A stretch of 64,000 nucleotides of DNA, from assembly GCA_021731365.1 (NCBI GenBank), contig JAKFXL010000036.1, forward strand, positions 2,503-66,502, given 5' to 3'. The position numbers and the translations under genes are program-made. Below the pieces are notes generated by a model that saw only the letters and a list, made by a program, of their open reading frames with translations, was not told the origin of the DNA and made no database searches. Shown one piece after another: positions 19,991 through 30,930 of the stretch. The number at the start of each line of letters is the position of its first letter. Within the stretch, counting starts at the first letter, position 1. This DNA comes from Gammaproteobacteria bacterium (GTDB lineage: Bacteria > Pseudomonadota > Gammaproteobacteria > Tenderiales > Tenderiaceae).

Positions 19991-22726
19991 CTAGGCGTTT
20001 TCCCCACTATCGCCACGGCGGCGCAGCCATTTTTCGATCCCTATTACGGTGTAGATCCCCATGCCGCCCGCCAGAATCCAGACCCATTCGGCCCAGCCGA
20101 TGGGGGCACTGCCAAACAGTTGGTTCATCGCGGGGGTGTAGGTGAACAGTAGTTGCAGCAGGATCATGGTGGTTACCCCAGCCACCAGCCAGCGGTTTGA
20201 GAAGAGACCGAGTTTGAGTGGTGAATAGCGCAGCGAGCGGCAGTTGAACAGATAGAAGAGTTCGCCAAAGACAAACATATTGACGGCGACGGTGCGCGCC
20301 GCTTCAATGCTTCTGTCGTGGCGGATGGCCCACTCAAACATGCCAAAGGCACCGATTAATAGCATCAGGCTGACCAGACCGATACGTGTCAGGAGTTCGC
20401 GGGTCAGGATGGGGGTTTGCGGCTGTCGTGGCGGCCGGGCCATGATGCCTGGCTCCTTGACCTCGAAGGCCAGCATCAGCCCCAGTAGTACGGCGGTGGT
20501 CATGTTGATCCAGAGGATCTGGACCGGGGTGATGGGCAGTGTGAGGCCGGCAAAGACCGCGACCAGTATCACCAGCCCCTCGCCGATATTGGTCGGCAGG
20601 GTCCAGGTGATGAACTTGACGAGGTTGTCAAAGACGGCGCGCCCCTCTTCGACGGCGGCCTCGATGGTGGCGAAGTTGTCGTCGGTGAGCACCATGTCCG
20701 CCGCCTCCTTGGCCACCTCGGTACCCCCCAGCCCCATGGCAACGCCGATGTCGGCTTGTTTGAGCGCTGGGGCATCGTTGACGCCGTCGCCGGTCATCGC
20801 CACCACATGGCCCTGGGCCTGGAGCGCTTCCACCAGCCGCAGCTTCTGTTCCGGCGAGACCCGGGCAAATACCGACGCCCGTTCGGCAACCTCCACCAGC
20901 TCATGGTCGGCCAGTTGCGCCAGGGCGTGGCCATTGATGGCGAAGTGGGCCAGCTCACTGTCAGCGGTGCCACTGAGGCCGATCTGGCGGGCGATGGCGG
21001 CGGCGGTGACCAGATGGTCGCCGGTGATCATCTTGACCTGAATGCCAGCCCGCTGGCAGGCGGCGACGGCGGCGATGGCCTCTGGCCGGGGTGGATCCAT
21101 CATCGCCTGTAGACCGATAAAGGTCATGCCTTCAGCAACGTCGCCATGGCTGATTGATGGGGCGGGTTCAGTGGATGACTTATAGGCAAAGGCAAGCACC
21201 CGCAGCCCTTGGGCCGCCATCTGTTCCACATCGCGGTGTACGCTGCTTTTGTCGAGTGCCACGGTATCCGTCCCATCGCCATAGGCATCGTGGCAGCGGG
21301 AGAGGATGCTCTCAACAGAACCCTTCATATATATAAGAGTCGCTGGCGCTGTGCCAGTATCAGTACCAGAGTGGTGGAGTGTGGCCATGTATTGATGCTG
21401 GGATTCAAACGGCACGGTATCAATGCGTGGCAGCTGCTGCTCCAGCGCCGTGTTTGAAAGCCCGGCCTTGGCGGCGGCGGTGATCAGTGCCACCTCGGTG
21501 GGATCACCCTCGATACTCCACTGCCCACCGTTGTCGATCAGCCGTGAGTCGTTACAGAGCAGTCCCGCCTTCAGGCACTCTAGCAGGGCCGGGTGTTGCT
21601 GAGGATCGATGGCGGTCTGCTCCAGGTGAATCTCCCCCTGTGGCGCGTAACCGACCCCTGTGAATTCGTAACGCTGGCCCGCAGCGCAGAGCTGTTGCAC
21701 CGTCATCTGGTTTTGGGTCAGGGTGCCGGTCTTGTCGGAACAGATCACCGTGGTACTGCCGAGGGTCTCAACCGCGGGCATGCGGCGGATGATGGCGTGA
21801 CGTTTTGCCATCTTGCCCACCCCTACCGCCAGCATGATGGTCATCGCTGCGGGCAGCCCTTCAGGTATTGCCCCCACCGCCAGTGCCACGGCGGCCATAA
21901 AAGTATCGAGCAGCGGTGTGCCGTGGTACAGCCCCGCCAGCACAGTCAAGCCGGCCAGCGCCAATATGACCCAGAGCAGGATGCCGCTGAAGTGGGCAAT
22001 TTTTTTGGTTAGCGGTGTGGCCAGTGTTGTGGCGCTGGCGATCAAGGCGTTGATCTGGCCGATTTCGGTGCCGTCACCGGTGGCTACAACTATGCCAGTG
22101 GCGGTGCCGTAGGTGACCAGAGTGGAGGAGTAGGCCATGTTGCTGCGGTCAGCCAGTGTTTTGGTTTGTGCTATCCGTTCGGGTTGTTTTTGGACCGGTA
22201 CAGACTCGCCAGTGAGTGCCGACTCATCCACCTGTAGCTCACGGCAACGCAGTAACCTCAGATCGGCGGGGACCTTGTCGCCGGATTGCAGTAATACCAG
22301 ATCACCGGGGACCAACTCTGCAGCGTTGATCTTCACCTTTTGACCGGCGCGGATGACAAGGGCGGTACCCTCCATGGCCCGCGCCAGCGCCTCAATCGCC
22401 TTGACGGCCTTTAACTCCTGAACAAAACCGATAATGGCGTTGGCCAGTACAACGCCGAAGATAACCCCACTGTCGACCCACTCTTGTAATAGAAAGGTGG
22501 TGATCGCTGCAACGAGCAGGATATAGATCAGGGGTTGATTAAATTGCAATAGAAACAGTGTGAGTGGGCTTTTGCCCTTTTTTAGCGTCAGGCGGTTGGT
22601 TCCAAAACTGCCCTGACGGTGGGTCACCTCAAAGGTATCCAGCCCCTTATGACCATCTGATTCCAACAGGGCGACCACTTCGTCGTCTGGCAGGTGGTGC
22701 CAATGCCTTGAGAGCAGATTGTCCAT
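19991..22726 (-). CDS. cation-transporting P-type ATPase (PIIA, Ca2+/Mg2+-type)
   Basis: 911 aa; 'DKTGTLT', 'TGDGVNDAPAL', 10-TM architecture. Confidence 0.9.
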   Translation of the reverse strand: MDNLLSRHWHHLPDDEVVALLESDGHKGLDTFEVTHRQGSFGTNRLTLKKGKSPLTLFLLQFNQPLIYILLVAAITTFLLQEWVDSGVIFGVVLANAIIGFVQELKAVKAIEALARAMEGTALVIRAGQKVKINAAELVPGDLVLLQSGDKVPADLRLLRCRELQVDESALTGESVPVQKQPERIAQTKTLADRSNMAYSSTLVTYGTATGIVVATGDGTEIGQINALIASATTLATPLTKKIAHFSGILLWVILALAGLTVLAGLYHGTPLLDTFMAAVALAVGAIPEGLPAAMTIMLAVGVGKMAKRHAIIRRMPAVETLGSTTVICSDKTGTLTQNQMTVQQLCAAGQRYEFTGVGYAPQGEIHLEQTAIDPQQHPALLECLKAGLLCNDSRLIDNGGQWSIEGDPTEVALITAAAKAGLSNTALEQQLPRIDTVPFESQHQYMATLHHSGTDTGTAPATLIYMKGSVESILSRCHDAYGDGTDTVALDKSSVHRDVEQMAAQGLRVLAFAYKSSTEPAPSISHGDVAEGMTFIGLQAMMDPPRPEAIAAVAACQRAGIQVKMITGDHLVTAAAIARQIGLSGTADSELAHFAINGHALAQLADHELVEVAERASVFARVSPEQKLRLVEALQAQGHVVAMTGDGVNDAPALKQADIGVAMGLGGTEVAKEAADMVLTDDNFATIEAAVEEGRAVFDNLVKFITWTLPTNIGEGLVILVAVFAGLTLPITPVQILWINMTTAVLLGLMLAFEVKEPGIMARPPRQPQTPILTRELLTRIGLVSLMLLIGAFGMFEWAIRHDRSIEAARTVAVNMFVFGELFYLFNCRSLRYSPLKLGLFSNRWLVAGVTTMILLQLLFTYTPAMNQLFGSAPIGWAEWVWILAGGMGIYTVIGIEKWLRRRGDSGENA

Positions 22727-22809
22727 TTTTGCTACCCTAAGTTCTGTTACGGTTAGGCAGTACCCTTACAGACTATCAGATAATTCGAGTAGTGATAGCA
22801 GGGGCTGAA

Positions 22810-23658
22810 TTAACTATTCTCCTTGGCGCTGTAACGCAACATCAGCCAATCAAGCCAGCGGTCGGGCAGCAGCCGTTTGGCAACGGCGGCGATGTGGGTG
22901 GGGGTGGTAACACGGTAACGGATTTTGGGTCTGGTGGATTCCAGGGCGTGGATCACCTTCTCCAGCACTGCCTCGGGCGGCAGGGTGAGGCTGCTACTGT
23001 TGCCCGGTTTGCTGAGCCGTTTATCAACCCCCTCGTAATAGGCGCGATGGGCGCTCTTTTCAGGGTTGATATTTTTCTGGTACATGGCGTGGGCATTGGC
23101 GCGAAACTTGGTTTTGATCGGCCCCGGCTCGATCAGAGAGACGTGGATGCCGGTGCCGTGCAGCTCCAGGCGCAATGTATCGCTGAGGGACTCCAGGGCA
23201 AACTTGCTGGCGTTGTAGGCCCCACGGTAGGGCAGGTTGATAAATCCCAGGATGGAGCTGTTATTGATAATGCGCCCATACCCCTGTCGGCGCATGGTGG
23301 GAATCACAAGATTGGTCAGCTCCTGGGTGCCAAACAGATTGGTCTCAAACTGTTCACGCAGCACCTCACGTTGCAGATCCTCCACCGCACCCGGCTGCCC
23401 ATAGGCACCGTTGTTAAAAAGTGCATCGAGCCGACCGTCGGTTTCACTCCATAGTCGTTTCAGACCAGTACGGATTGAGTCGGAGCGGGCAAGATCAAGC
23501 TGAAAACTCTCCAGCCCCTCATCACGCAGCCGATCCACATCCTCAGGCTCACGGGCCGTGGCAAAGACGCGGTAGCCGCGCTGTTTCAGCCCGTGGGCGG
23601 TGCAGTAACCGATGCCGCTGGAGCAGCCGGTGATGAGAACAATCTTGGGGTTTGTCAT
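22810..23658 (-). CDS. SDR-family oxidoreductase
   Basis: 282 aa, 'ITGCSSGIG' Rossmann motif. Confidence 0.8.
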   Translation of the reverse strand: MTNPKIVLITGCSSGIGYCTAHGLKQRGYRVFATAREPEDVDRLRDEGLESFQLDLARSDSIRTGLKRLWSETDGRLDALFNNGAYGQPGAVEDLQREVLREQFETNLFGTQELTNLVIPTMRRQGYGRIINNSSILGFINLPYRGAYNASKFALESLSDTLRLELHGTGIHVSLIEPGPIKTKFRANAHAMYQKNINPEKSAHRAYYEGVDKRLSKPGNSSSLTLPPEAVLEKVIHALESTRPKIRYRVTTPTHIAAVAKRLLPDRWLDWLMLRYSAKENS

Positions 23659-23774
23659 AAAAGCGATGCCACAGGGTTATTAATTATTCGTTGAGTCTAC
23701 TGCAGAGGCGACCGGTTTGTCCTCACTCCATCGCAGTGGCTGGATGGCGGGGGCATGGTGGGTGTTGAGGCAAT

Positions 23775-23798
23775 AAAAAACCCGCACTTAGGCGGGTT
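23775..23798 (-). terminator. rho-independent terminator after tRNA-Asp
   Basis: minus strand ACCCGCCTAAGTGCGGGT followed by TTTTTT. Confidence 0.7.
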
Positions 23799-23833
23799 CT
23801 TTGGATGTTGCTGGACGTACTTAAATCAGAAAT

Positions 23834-23910
23834 TGGCGGAGCGGACGGGACTCGAACCCGCGACCCTCGGCGTGACAGGCCGATATTCTAACCAACTGAA
23901 CTACCGCTCC
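23834..23910 (-). tRNA. tRNA-Asp (GTC)
   Basis: reverse complement folds as GGAGCGGTAGTTCAGTTGGTTAGAATATCGGCCTGTCACGCCGAGGGTCGCGGGTTCGAGTCCCGTCCGCTCCGCCA, anticodon loop CTGTCAC. Confidence 0.9.
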
Positions 23911-23960
23911 GGAAAGAGGGCGCATATTGCCCGATCATTTGATAAATATCAAGACCTAAT
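23911..23960 (-). promoter_or_regulatory. candidate tRNA-Asp promoter
   Basis: minus strand TTGATA-17 bp-CAATAT followed by a GC-rich discriminator (GCGCCC). Confidence 0.35.
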
Positions 23961-24095
23961 CTGGGAGGCAGGGTATAATGGCCCCACTTTTTTACTCCAT
24001 CCGGGCTGGTTTGCACTATCTACCTACCTCTCCGGCCTGTTTCAATTAAGCACAAGTAGTTTTTAGTCCATTTCTTATTCATAGGGTAATCATCC

Positions 24096-25538
24096 ATGAC
24101 ATTTGCTTCTCTCGGCCTGTCCGAGCCCCTTTTACGTGCTGTTAGCGAAAAAGGTTACGACACCCCATCGCCTGTACAGCTTCAGGCGATCCCAGCCATC
24201 ATCTCCGGTCGCGACATGATGGCCGCCGCCCAAACAGGCACAGGCAAGACTGCCGGTTTCACGTTGCCACTGCTGCAGCGTCTCTCAGACGGGCCTGCGG
24301 TACAGCCCAACCATATTCGCGCGCTGGTATTGACCCCCACCCGCGAGCTGGCAGCCCAGGTTGCTGAGAGCGTTGAGATTTACGGCAAGTACCTGCCACT
24401 GCGTTCAACGGTGGTATTTGGTGGTGTCAAAATCAATCCACAGATGATGAAACTGCGTCGTGGCGTCGATGTGCTGGTGGCAACACCGGGCCGTCTGATG
24501 GATCTCTTTAGCCAGAATGCCGTGAAGTTCTCTCAGGTTGAGATCCTGGTGCTGGATGAGGCCGACCGCATGCTCGACATGGGGTTTATCAACGATATCC
24601 GTAAAATCCTGGCGCAGCTGCCTAAAAAGCGCCAGACACTGCTCTTCTCCGCCACCTTCTCGGACGAGATTCGCACTCTGGCCAAAGGGTTGTTGAACGA
24701 TCCGGTGCAGGTAGAGGTGAGCCCGCGCAATGCCGCCGCCGTAACGGTAAAACAGTCCGTCTACGAGGTGGATAAAGATAAAAAATCGGCACTGCTGAGC
24801 AAGCTGGTGCGTAGCAATGAGTGGAGCCAGGTGCTGGTCTTTACCCGTACCAAACATGGTGCCAATCGCCTGACCGAAAAGCTGGAGCGTGACGGCATCA
24901 CCTCCATGGCGATCCATGGCAACAAGAGCCAGGGGGCGCGCACCAAGGCGCTGGCGCAGTTCAAGTCAGGTGAGGTGCGGGTACTGGTCGCCACCGATAT
25001 TGCCGCCCGTGGTATCGACATCGATCAGCTTCCCCATGTCATCAACTTTGAACTGCCCAATGTGCCGGAAGATTACGTACACCGCATCGGCCGTACCGGT
25101 CGTGCCGGCGCCACCGGTGAGGCGATCTCGCTGGTGAGTGCAGACGAGGTGAGTTTTCTGCGCTCCATCGAGCGTTTGATCAAACAGACGCTGGTACGTG
25201 AAACAGAGGTGGGTTTTGAACCAAGCCACAACGTACCGATCACCAACCTGACCGACAGAAGCGACGATCGTCCCAGCCGCCCACGCAGTGCCAGGCCGGC
25301 CGGTGGCGCGCCAGCCAGAAGTCGTGGTCCACGTCCTGCAGGTGGTAACGCCAGACCAGCACATGGTGAGGCCAACGGCAATACCGCCAGACCCCAACGC
25401 CCGCAGGGTGATGTTGGCAATAGTCGCGCTGCCCAACCGCAAGGCAGTGGTAACAGAGGTGGTGTGGTAAAACCACAGGGACACGGCCCCACCCCCGCAG
25501 GCCGGGCGCCTAAGCCAAGCACCTCACGCGGCCACTAG
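24096..25538 (+). CDS. rhlE: ATP-dependent DEAD-box RNA helicase
   Basis: 480 aa; Q-motif, 'AQTGTGKT', 'DEAD', 'SAT', 'HRIGRTGR'; Arg/Gly-rich C-terminal tail. Confidence 0.9.
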   Translation: MTFASLGLSEPLLRAVSEKGYDTPSPVQLQAIPAIISGRDMMAAAQTGTGKTAGFTLPLLQRLSDGPAVQPNHIRALVLTPTRELAAQVAESVEIYGKYLPLRSTVVFGGVKINPQMMKLRRGVDVLVATPGRLMDLFSQNAVKFSQVEILVLDEADRMLDMGFINDIRKILAQLPKKRQTLLFSATFSDEIRTLAKGLLNDPVQVEVSPRNAAAVTVKQSVYEVDKDKKSALLSKLVRSNEWSQVLVFTRTKHGANRLTEKLERDGITSMAIHGNKSQGARTKALAQFKSGEVRVLVATDIAARGIDIDQLPHVINFELPNVPEDYVHRIGRTGRAGATGEAISLVSADEVSFLRSIERLIKQTLVRETEVGFEPSHNVPITNLTDRSDDRPSRPRSARPAGGAPARSRGPRPAGGNARPAHGEANGNTARPQRPQGDVGNSRAAQPQGSGNRGGVVKPQGHGPTPAGRAPKPSTSRGH

Positions 25539-25645
25539 TCGCGGGGGGGTATTCAACAGCAGGGTGGGCAAGAACACTCTGCTGATTGATTTTTGAGCGA
25601 GTAAACACGGTAGGTTTGTGCGTTACAAAAAATGGTAGTTTTGCC

Positions 25646-25680
25646 AATGGCCACAGAGGAATCTGTGGCCATTTTGCTTT
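25646..25680 (+). terminator. rho-independent terminator of rhlE
   Basis: perfect 11-bp stem AATGGCCACAG/CTGTGGCCATT followed by TTTGCTTTCT. Confidence 0.7.
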
Positions 25681-25811
25681 CTGGGTTCCCCTGAGTCACG
25701 CGCACCAGCCAGGCTGGTTTCGGCCAGGAACGGTCTGCCGGGCCATGAGCCTGGAACGACGGCGCATCTCCTGACTGACATCAGGCTCAATTCCCCTCCT
25801 GCTCCAACGTT

Positions 25812-27599
25812 TTACTGCGGCAGTTCGGCAAGGTTGCTCTCAACCTTTTGAACGTAGGGTTCATATCGGCTGGGCACCGTTGTGGCGAACTGGCGATAAA
25901 TGCCCAGCGCCTCCTCGTAGGCCCGGCGCGCCTCGGCCAGGCGGTTCTCATCGCTGTGCAGGACGCCCAGGTTGTTGAGTGTCATGGCGACAGCAGGCCG
26001 GTAGCCGTCGGGGTTCGTTTTGGCCAGGTCGCGGCGGATACTCAGCGCCTCCTCATAGGCCTGGCGCGCCTCGGTCAGGCGGTTCTCATCGCGGTGCAGG
26101 AGGCCCAGGTTGTTGAGTGTGGCGGCGACATAAGACCGGTAGAGATCGGGGTTCGTTTTGGCTAGGTCGCGATAGAGGTCCTGCGCCTCCTCGTAGGCCT
26201 GGCGCGCCTCGGCTAGGCGGTGTTCAGAGTGGTGCAGGGTGCCTAGGTTGTTGAGTATCATGGCGACATCAGGCCGGTAGACGTCGGGGTTGGTTTTGGC
26301 CAGTTCGCGATAGATCTCCTGCGCCTCCTCATAGGCCTGGCGCGCCTCGGTTAGTCGGTTCTCATCGCTGTGCAGGTTGCCCAGGTTGTTGAGTGTCATG
26401 GCGACATCAGGCCGGTAGACGTCGGGGCTCGTTTTGGCCAGGTCGCGATAGATGTCCCGCGCCTCCTCGTACGCCTTGCGCGCCTCGGTTAGGCGGTTCT
26501 CAGCGTAGTGCAGGACGCCCAGGTTGTTGAGTGTCATGGCGACATCAGGCCGATAGACGTTGGGGTTCGCTTTGGCCAGGTCGCGGCGGATGTTCAGCGC
26601 CTCCTCGTAGGCCTTGCGCGCCTCGGTCATACGGTTCTCAGCGCGGTGCAGGACACCCAGGTTGTTGAGTATGGTGGCGATCGGTCCAGGGTCTGCTGCC
26701 TGTCGCGCTAGCGCCAGCGCTTGTTTGTAGCCCTTGTTTGCTTCGGCAAAATGGTTCTGTTGCTGATGAAAGTAGCTGTACTGAAACCAAGCCTCGTACG
26801 AGTTGGGCGCGTACTTGACCGCCTGTGCATAGGCCCGGCCCGCGCCGTCAAAGTCGAACTGGGTCGTCAGCAGTTGGCCCTTGAGCAACCAGCCCTGCAC
26901 GGCCTGGTTCAGTTGTTCTTGGGCCTTGAGTGCTTCTTGCTCCAGCCGCTCTTCACTCAAGAGTTGCAGCGCCGCATCGGTTTTGCCATCGAGGAACAGG
27001 CGCAAGGCCTCGCGGTAGCTGCCACCTATCTCCTCGGGTTTGCGCGTGGCGGCCTGTTTGGCCCACTCCTGCACCTGTTGGAGTGCCTGGTCGCGCTCGC
27101 GCAACAGGCGGTCGCGCTCCTGCGCCGTGGCGGCCTGTCGTCCTTCGAGTTCGGCCAGTTTGATTTTGTAGGTCTGTTCAACCGCTTGGTTGCCTTTTAA
27201 ACGGTAGAACTCTGCCACCCTTAAATCGCGCTCGGTTTCCTTGCAGACGATGATCTCGAACCGCCGCATGGCGTCCTTTGTGGGGAGGCGATGGTCCAGC
27301 AGAATATCGTTGACCACGCTCCACCCGGCGCGCTTCACGCCAATACGCACGTCCTGGCCGGGAAGCCCCTCGCGGAAGATCAGCACGAACTGGCCATCGT
27401 TGCCCGTCGTGACCGGATTGGCCCCAGGGGCGAAAATCTCAATCCCGGCGACGGGCGCACCACGCTCGCTGTTGAGCGAGACGATGCCTTTGAGCGTGAC
27501 CGAGCCCCACGCCTGGCTGGCCATCGTGAGTATCAGTGCTACGAAGAGATGTTTTACTACCGGCATCGGATCGGACTTGGCGCTGGGCATGGTGGTCAT
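25812..27599 (-). CDS. secreted protein with an N-terminal carboxypeptidase-regulatory-like domain and a C-terminal array of ~40-aa TPR-like repeats
   Basis: 595 aa, signal peptide; repeated 'LNNLGVLHxxENRLTEARxAYEEAxxIYRDLAKTNPDVYRPDVAMT'. Confidence 0.7.
   Translation of the reverse strand: MTTMPSAKSDPMPVVKHLFVALILTMASQAWGSVTLKGIVSLNSERGAPVAGIEIFAPGANPVTTGNDGQFVLIFREGLPGQDVRIGVKRAGWSVVNDILLDHRLPTKDAMRRFEIIVCKETERDLRVAEFYRLKGNQAVEQTYKIKLAELEGRQAATAQERDRLLRERDQALQQVQEWAKQAATRKPEEIGGSYREALRLFLDGKTDAALQLLSEERLEQEALKAQEQLNQAVQGWLLKGQLLTTQFDFDGAGRAYAQAVKYAPNSYEAWFQYSYFHQQQNHFAEANKGYKQALALARQAADPGPIATILNNLGVLHRAENRMTEARKAYEEALNIRRDLAKANPNVYRPDVAMTLNNLGVLHYAENRLTEARKAYEEARDIYRDLAKTSPDVYRPDVAMTLNNLGNLHSDENRLTEARQAYEEAQEIYRELAKTNPDVYRPDVAMILNNLGTLHHSEHRLAEARQAYEEAQDLYRDLAKTNPDLYRSYVAATLNNLGLLHRDENRLTEARQAYEEALSIRRDLAKTNPDGYRPAVAMTLNNLGVLHSDENRLAEARRAYEEALGIYRQFATTVPSRYEPYVQKVESNLAELPQ
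25890..26700. repeat. ~120-bp tandem DNA repeats encoding the TPR units
   Basis: near-identical units recur about 7 times (e.g. GTTGTTGAGTGTCATGGCGACATCAGGCCGGTAGACGTCGGGG...). Confidence 0.7.
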
Positions 27600-28459
27600 G
27601 GGGTTACTCCCTTGTCAGGTGGCAATGGGGTCAGCCGCACTCGCAGTGGATTTCCCCCCGGTGTTATCTGGCCTCTCCAGGGTTCAAACCCTGTTGCCGT
27701 GATAGTGAGACTGCGATCCGTTAAATCAGCGGGCAGCGGAATGTCGAATCGACCATCTACATCGCTGATCGTGGCGAATCCGGCGATGCTGATCCGCGCC
27801 TGGGGCAGCGGCCTGCCCTGTGCGTCTGCCACCTCCCCGGTGAGATGCAGGCGCTTGGCCCGAACAGCCAGATAAACCGCTTCGTCACCGAGCTTGATGG
27901 TGGCCGCCGGGACCGCAATTTCATAGTTGTCAGACTCCAGACCAATGGCTACCTTGCGGTCGCGCATGTCTGCGGGGATACCGATAAACCGGGCTTCACC
28001 TTTATCGCCTATCGACTCGTTGCGACGGTCGGCGCCAAAATCAAGGGAGAGCTTGCCTTGACCGCGCAGTGGCACGACTTGGTGTCCGGCTTCATCGTGA
28101 ACAAACACGGTCAGGTCAAACCGTTGGCTGGGCGGCGGAACAAGGTAAAAACCAAGGATGAGCACAAGCAGCATAATGACGGCGGGGCCACCAAGTTCAA
28201 TGGTGCCATTGAGAACCTTGCCGGTGTAACCCGCATAGGAGTTGAATAACGAAAAAGTGGTGATCGCTGCCGCGAGACCGAGCGGTATGAGCAAGACATA
28301 CCATACATGGCCAGTCAGCTCGAGACGATCCAACATTTCCGCTCTCCAGAGCATCACCCCCAGCAGAAGGAAACCCGCAAACGCGGCTATTGCGGCGACG
28401 AGCAAAGGAGAGGCGGCGCGAGAACGTGGCGGCCTGTTCATGGTCGACGTCTCAGGCAA
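27596..28459 (-). CDS. membrane protein with two carboxypeptidase-regulatory-like beta-sandwich domains
   Basis: 287 aa with 3 predicted TM helices; 4-bp overlap with the downstream TPR gene suggests an operon. Confidence 0.55.
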   Translation of the reverse strand: MPETSTMNRPPRSRAASPLLVAAIAAFAGFLLLGVMLWRAEMLDRLELTGHVWYVLLIPLGLAAAITTFSLFNSYAGYTGKVLNGTIELGGPAVIMLLVLILGFYLVPPPSQRFDLTVFVHDEAGHQVVPLRGQGKLSLDFGADRRNESIGDKGEARFIGIPADMRDRKVAIGLESDNYEIAVPAATIKLGDEAVYLAVRAKRLHLTGEVADAQGRPLPQARISIAGFATISDVDGRFDIPLPADLTDRSLTITATGFEPWRGQITPGGNPLRVRLTPLPPDKGVTP

Positions 28460-28876
28460 GTGAGTGCTTGCTGAAGCGCCCGCACGAGGTTGTCGTCCTT
28501 CGAGCTGTGGCTGATGAAGCGGTCGTGTGTACAGCTCGCTGGCATCGTAACTATTCCCTGTTGCGCCCTGAGTGACGCAGACCGCGAGAGATGAGGTGCG
28601 CTGCGCTATTTGTATACCGGCTCTGTTGTACTCTGGAACGTACTTTGAGGGCTATTTTTTTGCAAGCAAAAGAATAGGGGTGTCCCGTGGGTTTGGTTGC
28701 GGTAAAACGGCTGTTTGATGCGGTGCAGGCTGGCGCGGTTGCCGAAGGAGGTTGTTGGTGTCGTTTGCTGAATCTCTGTTTGGGAACCTCTGAGAATAAG
28801 TGCCCCGTTCGTGGTGAGCTTGTCGAACCATGAATGGAGGACGCTTAACGATCAACGCGTTACGTCACCAGCCCTT

Positions 28877-28910
28877 CGACAGGCTCAGGGCGAACGGATT
28901 TATTCAGAGG
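28877..28910 (-). repeat. 34-bp intergenic element, copy B (inverted relative to copy A)
   Basis: reverse complement CCTCTGAATAAATCCGTTCGCCCTGAGCCTGTCG; lies 4 bp after the purK stop. Confidence 0.6.
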
Positions 28911-28914
28911 TTTC

Positions 28915-30093
28915 TTAGTCCTTTATCCCGATTGCTTTCCTCGCCGCCAGTGCTGTGGTTACCGCTTCAGCGACATCGCTGTCGATGACGGTGAAGTGGC
29001 CCATCTTGCGGCCAGGGCGGGCGGACTCTTTGCCGTAGAGGTGCAGTTTGAGGTTGGGGATGTTGTTGAGCTTGGCCCAGTCGGGTTCACGGCCTTCGTC
29101 GCTGTTCTCTTGAAACCAGAGATCACCCAGTAGATTCACCATCACGGAAGCGCTGTGTAGTCGTGGTGCGCCGAGTGGCAGGTTGCAGAGGGCGCGCACT
29201 TGTTGTTCGAACTGATGGGTGATGCAGCCGTCCAGGGTGTAGTGGCCGCTGTTGTGGGGGCGCGGTGCGATTTCGTTGATGAGTAGTTCACCGTTAACAA
29301 TAAAAAACTCTACCGCCATCACACCAACGTAGTGGAGGGCTTGGGCGACCTGCTTGGCCATCTCTTCGGCCTTGGCTAACAGAGTGGTGGAGGTGCGCGC
29401 CGGGGCGATGGATATATCCAGTATGCCGTGGTGGTGGATGTTTTCTGTCAGGGTGAAGCTTTGGCACTCGCCACGGCTGTTGCGCGCCAGGACAACGGAG
29501 ACTTCTAGGTCAAGTTTGACCATCTTCTCTAATACGCAGGGGGCGTTGAACTCGGCAAAGGCCTGTTGTGCTTCGCTGATGTTTTTGACGCGGGCCTGTC
29601 CTTTGCCGTCGTAGCCGAAGCGGGCGATCTTGAGGATGGCGGGGAACATGTCGTCGCCAGCGCTGGTTAGCTCGTTGGCTTTTTCGATCACCAGAAAGGG
29701 GGCGGTGGCAAAGCCGTTGTTACCGAGAAAGCGCTTTTCGGCGATGCGGTTCTGGGCGATGGCGACGGCCTCGGCGGAGGGGTGGACCGGGATCTTTTTG
29801 GCCAGCTTCTGCAGCGCGGCGGCGGGTACGTTTTCGAATTCAGTGGTGGCGGCGGCGCAGCGGTTGGCGAGCTGCTCCAGGGCGGCGGGATCATCATAGG
29901 CGGCGACAATATGTTCGTCGGCGATCAGCCCGGCGGGGGCGTCAGGGTCGGGGTCGAGCACGATCACCTTGTAACCCAGCTCGTGGGCGGCGGTGACAAA
30001 AAAGCGACCGAGCTGGCCGCCGCCGAGCATGGCCAGTGTGGCTGGGGCTTTGATTATCTCTGGGATCATCCCTGTGATCACCTTGGGAATCAT
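28915..30093 (-). CDS. purK: N5-carboxyaminoimidazole ribonucleotide synthase
   Basis: ATP-grasp protein, 'MLGGGQLG'; its start overlaps the purE stop (ATGA). Confidence 0.85.
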   Translation of the reverse strand: MIPKVITGMIPEIIKAPATLAMLGGGQLGRFFVTAAHELGYKVIVLDPDPDAPAGLIADEHIVAAYDDPAALEQLANRCAAATTEFENVPAAALQKLAKKIPVHPSAEAVAIAQNRIAEKRFLGNNGFATAPFLVIEKANELTSAGDDMFPAILKIARFGYDGKGQARVKNISEAQQAFAEFNAPCVLEKMVKLDLEVSVVLARNSRGECQSFTLTENIHHHGILDISIAPARTSTTLLAKAEEMAKQVAQALHYVGVMAVEFFIVNGELLINEIAPRPHNSGHYTLDGCITHQFEQQVRALCNLPLGAPRLHSASVMVNLLGDLWFQENSDEGREPDWAKLNNIPNLKLHLYGKESARPGRKMGHFTVIDSDVAEAVTTALAARKAIGIKD

Positions 30094-30599
30094 GGCTTGT
30101 TGTCCAGCTCCATGGCGTAGACGGCCTGGCGCTGCTTTTCGCGGAACTCGTTCAGTTTGGTGGCAAGTAGCGGGTCGTTGTTGGCGAGCATGGCGATGGC
30201 AAAGAGTCCGGCGTTGGCCGCGCCTGCCTCACCGATGGCGAAGGTGGCGACGGGGATGCCTTTGGGCATCTGCACGATGGAGAGCAGTGAGTCCTGACCT
30301 TGCAGATGTTTTGATGGCACCGGCACACCGAGCACCGGCAGGATGGTCTTGGCGGCGATCATGCCGGGCAGATGGGCGGCGCCACCGGCACCGGCGATGA
30401 TCACCTTGATGCCGCGGCCGGCGGCCTGGTCGGCAAACTCAAACATCAGTTCGGGGGTGCGATGGGCGGAGACCACCTGGGCTTCGTAGGGGATGCCAAA
30501 CTGGGCCAGCATCTCGGCCGCCAGGCGCATCACCGGCCAGTCGCTGTTGCTGCCCATGACGATGGCTACCTGAGGCTGGGTGTGCGCTTTATCCTGCAT
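30090..30599 (-). CDS. purE: N5-CAIR mutase
   Basis: 169 aa, '[11 protein letters not shown]...[13 protein letters not shown]'. Confidence 0.95.
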   Translation of the reverse strand: MQDKAHTQPQVAIVMGSNSDWPVMRLAAEMLAQFGIPYEAQVVSAHRTPELMFEFADQAAGRGIKVIIAGAGGAAHLPGMIAAKTILPVLGVPVPSKHLQGQDSLLSIVQMPKGIPVATFAIGEAGAANAGLFAIAMLANNDPLLATKLNEFREKQRQAVYAMELDNKP

Positions 30600-30679
30600 G
30601 AGATCCTCTACTGCCTTGAATTGAAAGCGGGCGATTATACCCGAAGCGGTGGCGGACCGGCAGTTTCCGAGGTTGAGGT

Positions 30680-30910
30680 GTGTTGATTCAACAGTTCACG
30701 GGGGTTGACGCTATATCTGCATATATAAAGTGGAATATAGACTGTTTCATCATGATCATTGCCAATAAGGTAGAAAAGATTACCCGCCGATTGTCCCTGA
30801 GCTGCCCGTGGCTGAAGCGTGTTGGGTTTTATGGCTTTATCTTTTTTTTCATCAAGGGGTTACTGTGGTTGTTGGTGCCGGTGGTGCTTTACTACTTTGG
30901 TGCTGGCTGA
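30680..30910 (+). CDS. small hydrophobic protein (hypothetical; the true start may be ATG 30752)
   Basis: ends 20 bp before a strong bidirectional terminator; C-terminal TM helix. Confidence 0.3.
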   Translation: MLIQQFTGVDAISAYIKWNIDCFIMIIANKVEKITRRLSLSCPWLKRVGFYGFIFFFIKGLLWLLVPVVLYYFGAG

Positions 30911-30930
30911 GTAGAGTCCAAAAACAGAAA

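Noticed and set aside
20280-21041. 253-aa plus-strand ORF inside the P-type ATPase gene
   Set aside because: Antisense to a gene with canonical DKTGT and GDGVNDAPAL motifs. Ser/Ala/Thr-rich junk.
22792-23454. 220-aa plus-strand ORF overlapping the SDR gene
   Set aside because: Antisense to a clear Rossmann-fold SDR. Gly/Val/Asp-rich.
23755-24066. 103-aa plus-strand ORF
   Set aside because: It overlaps the tRNA-Asp gene and its terminator and promoter.
25770-25790. short hairpin CCTGA-CTGACA-TCAGG just 3' of the TPR gene
   Set aside because: Only a 5-bp stem and no U-run on the relevant strand. Not convincing as a terminator.
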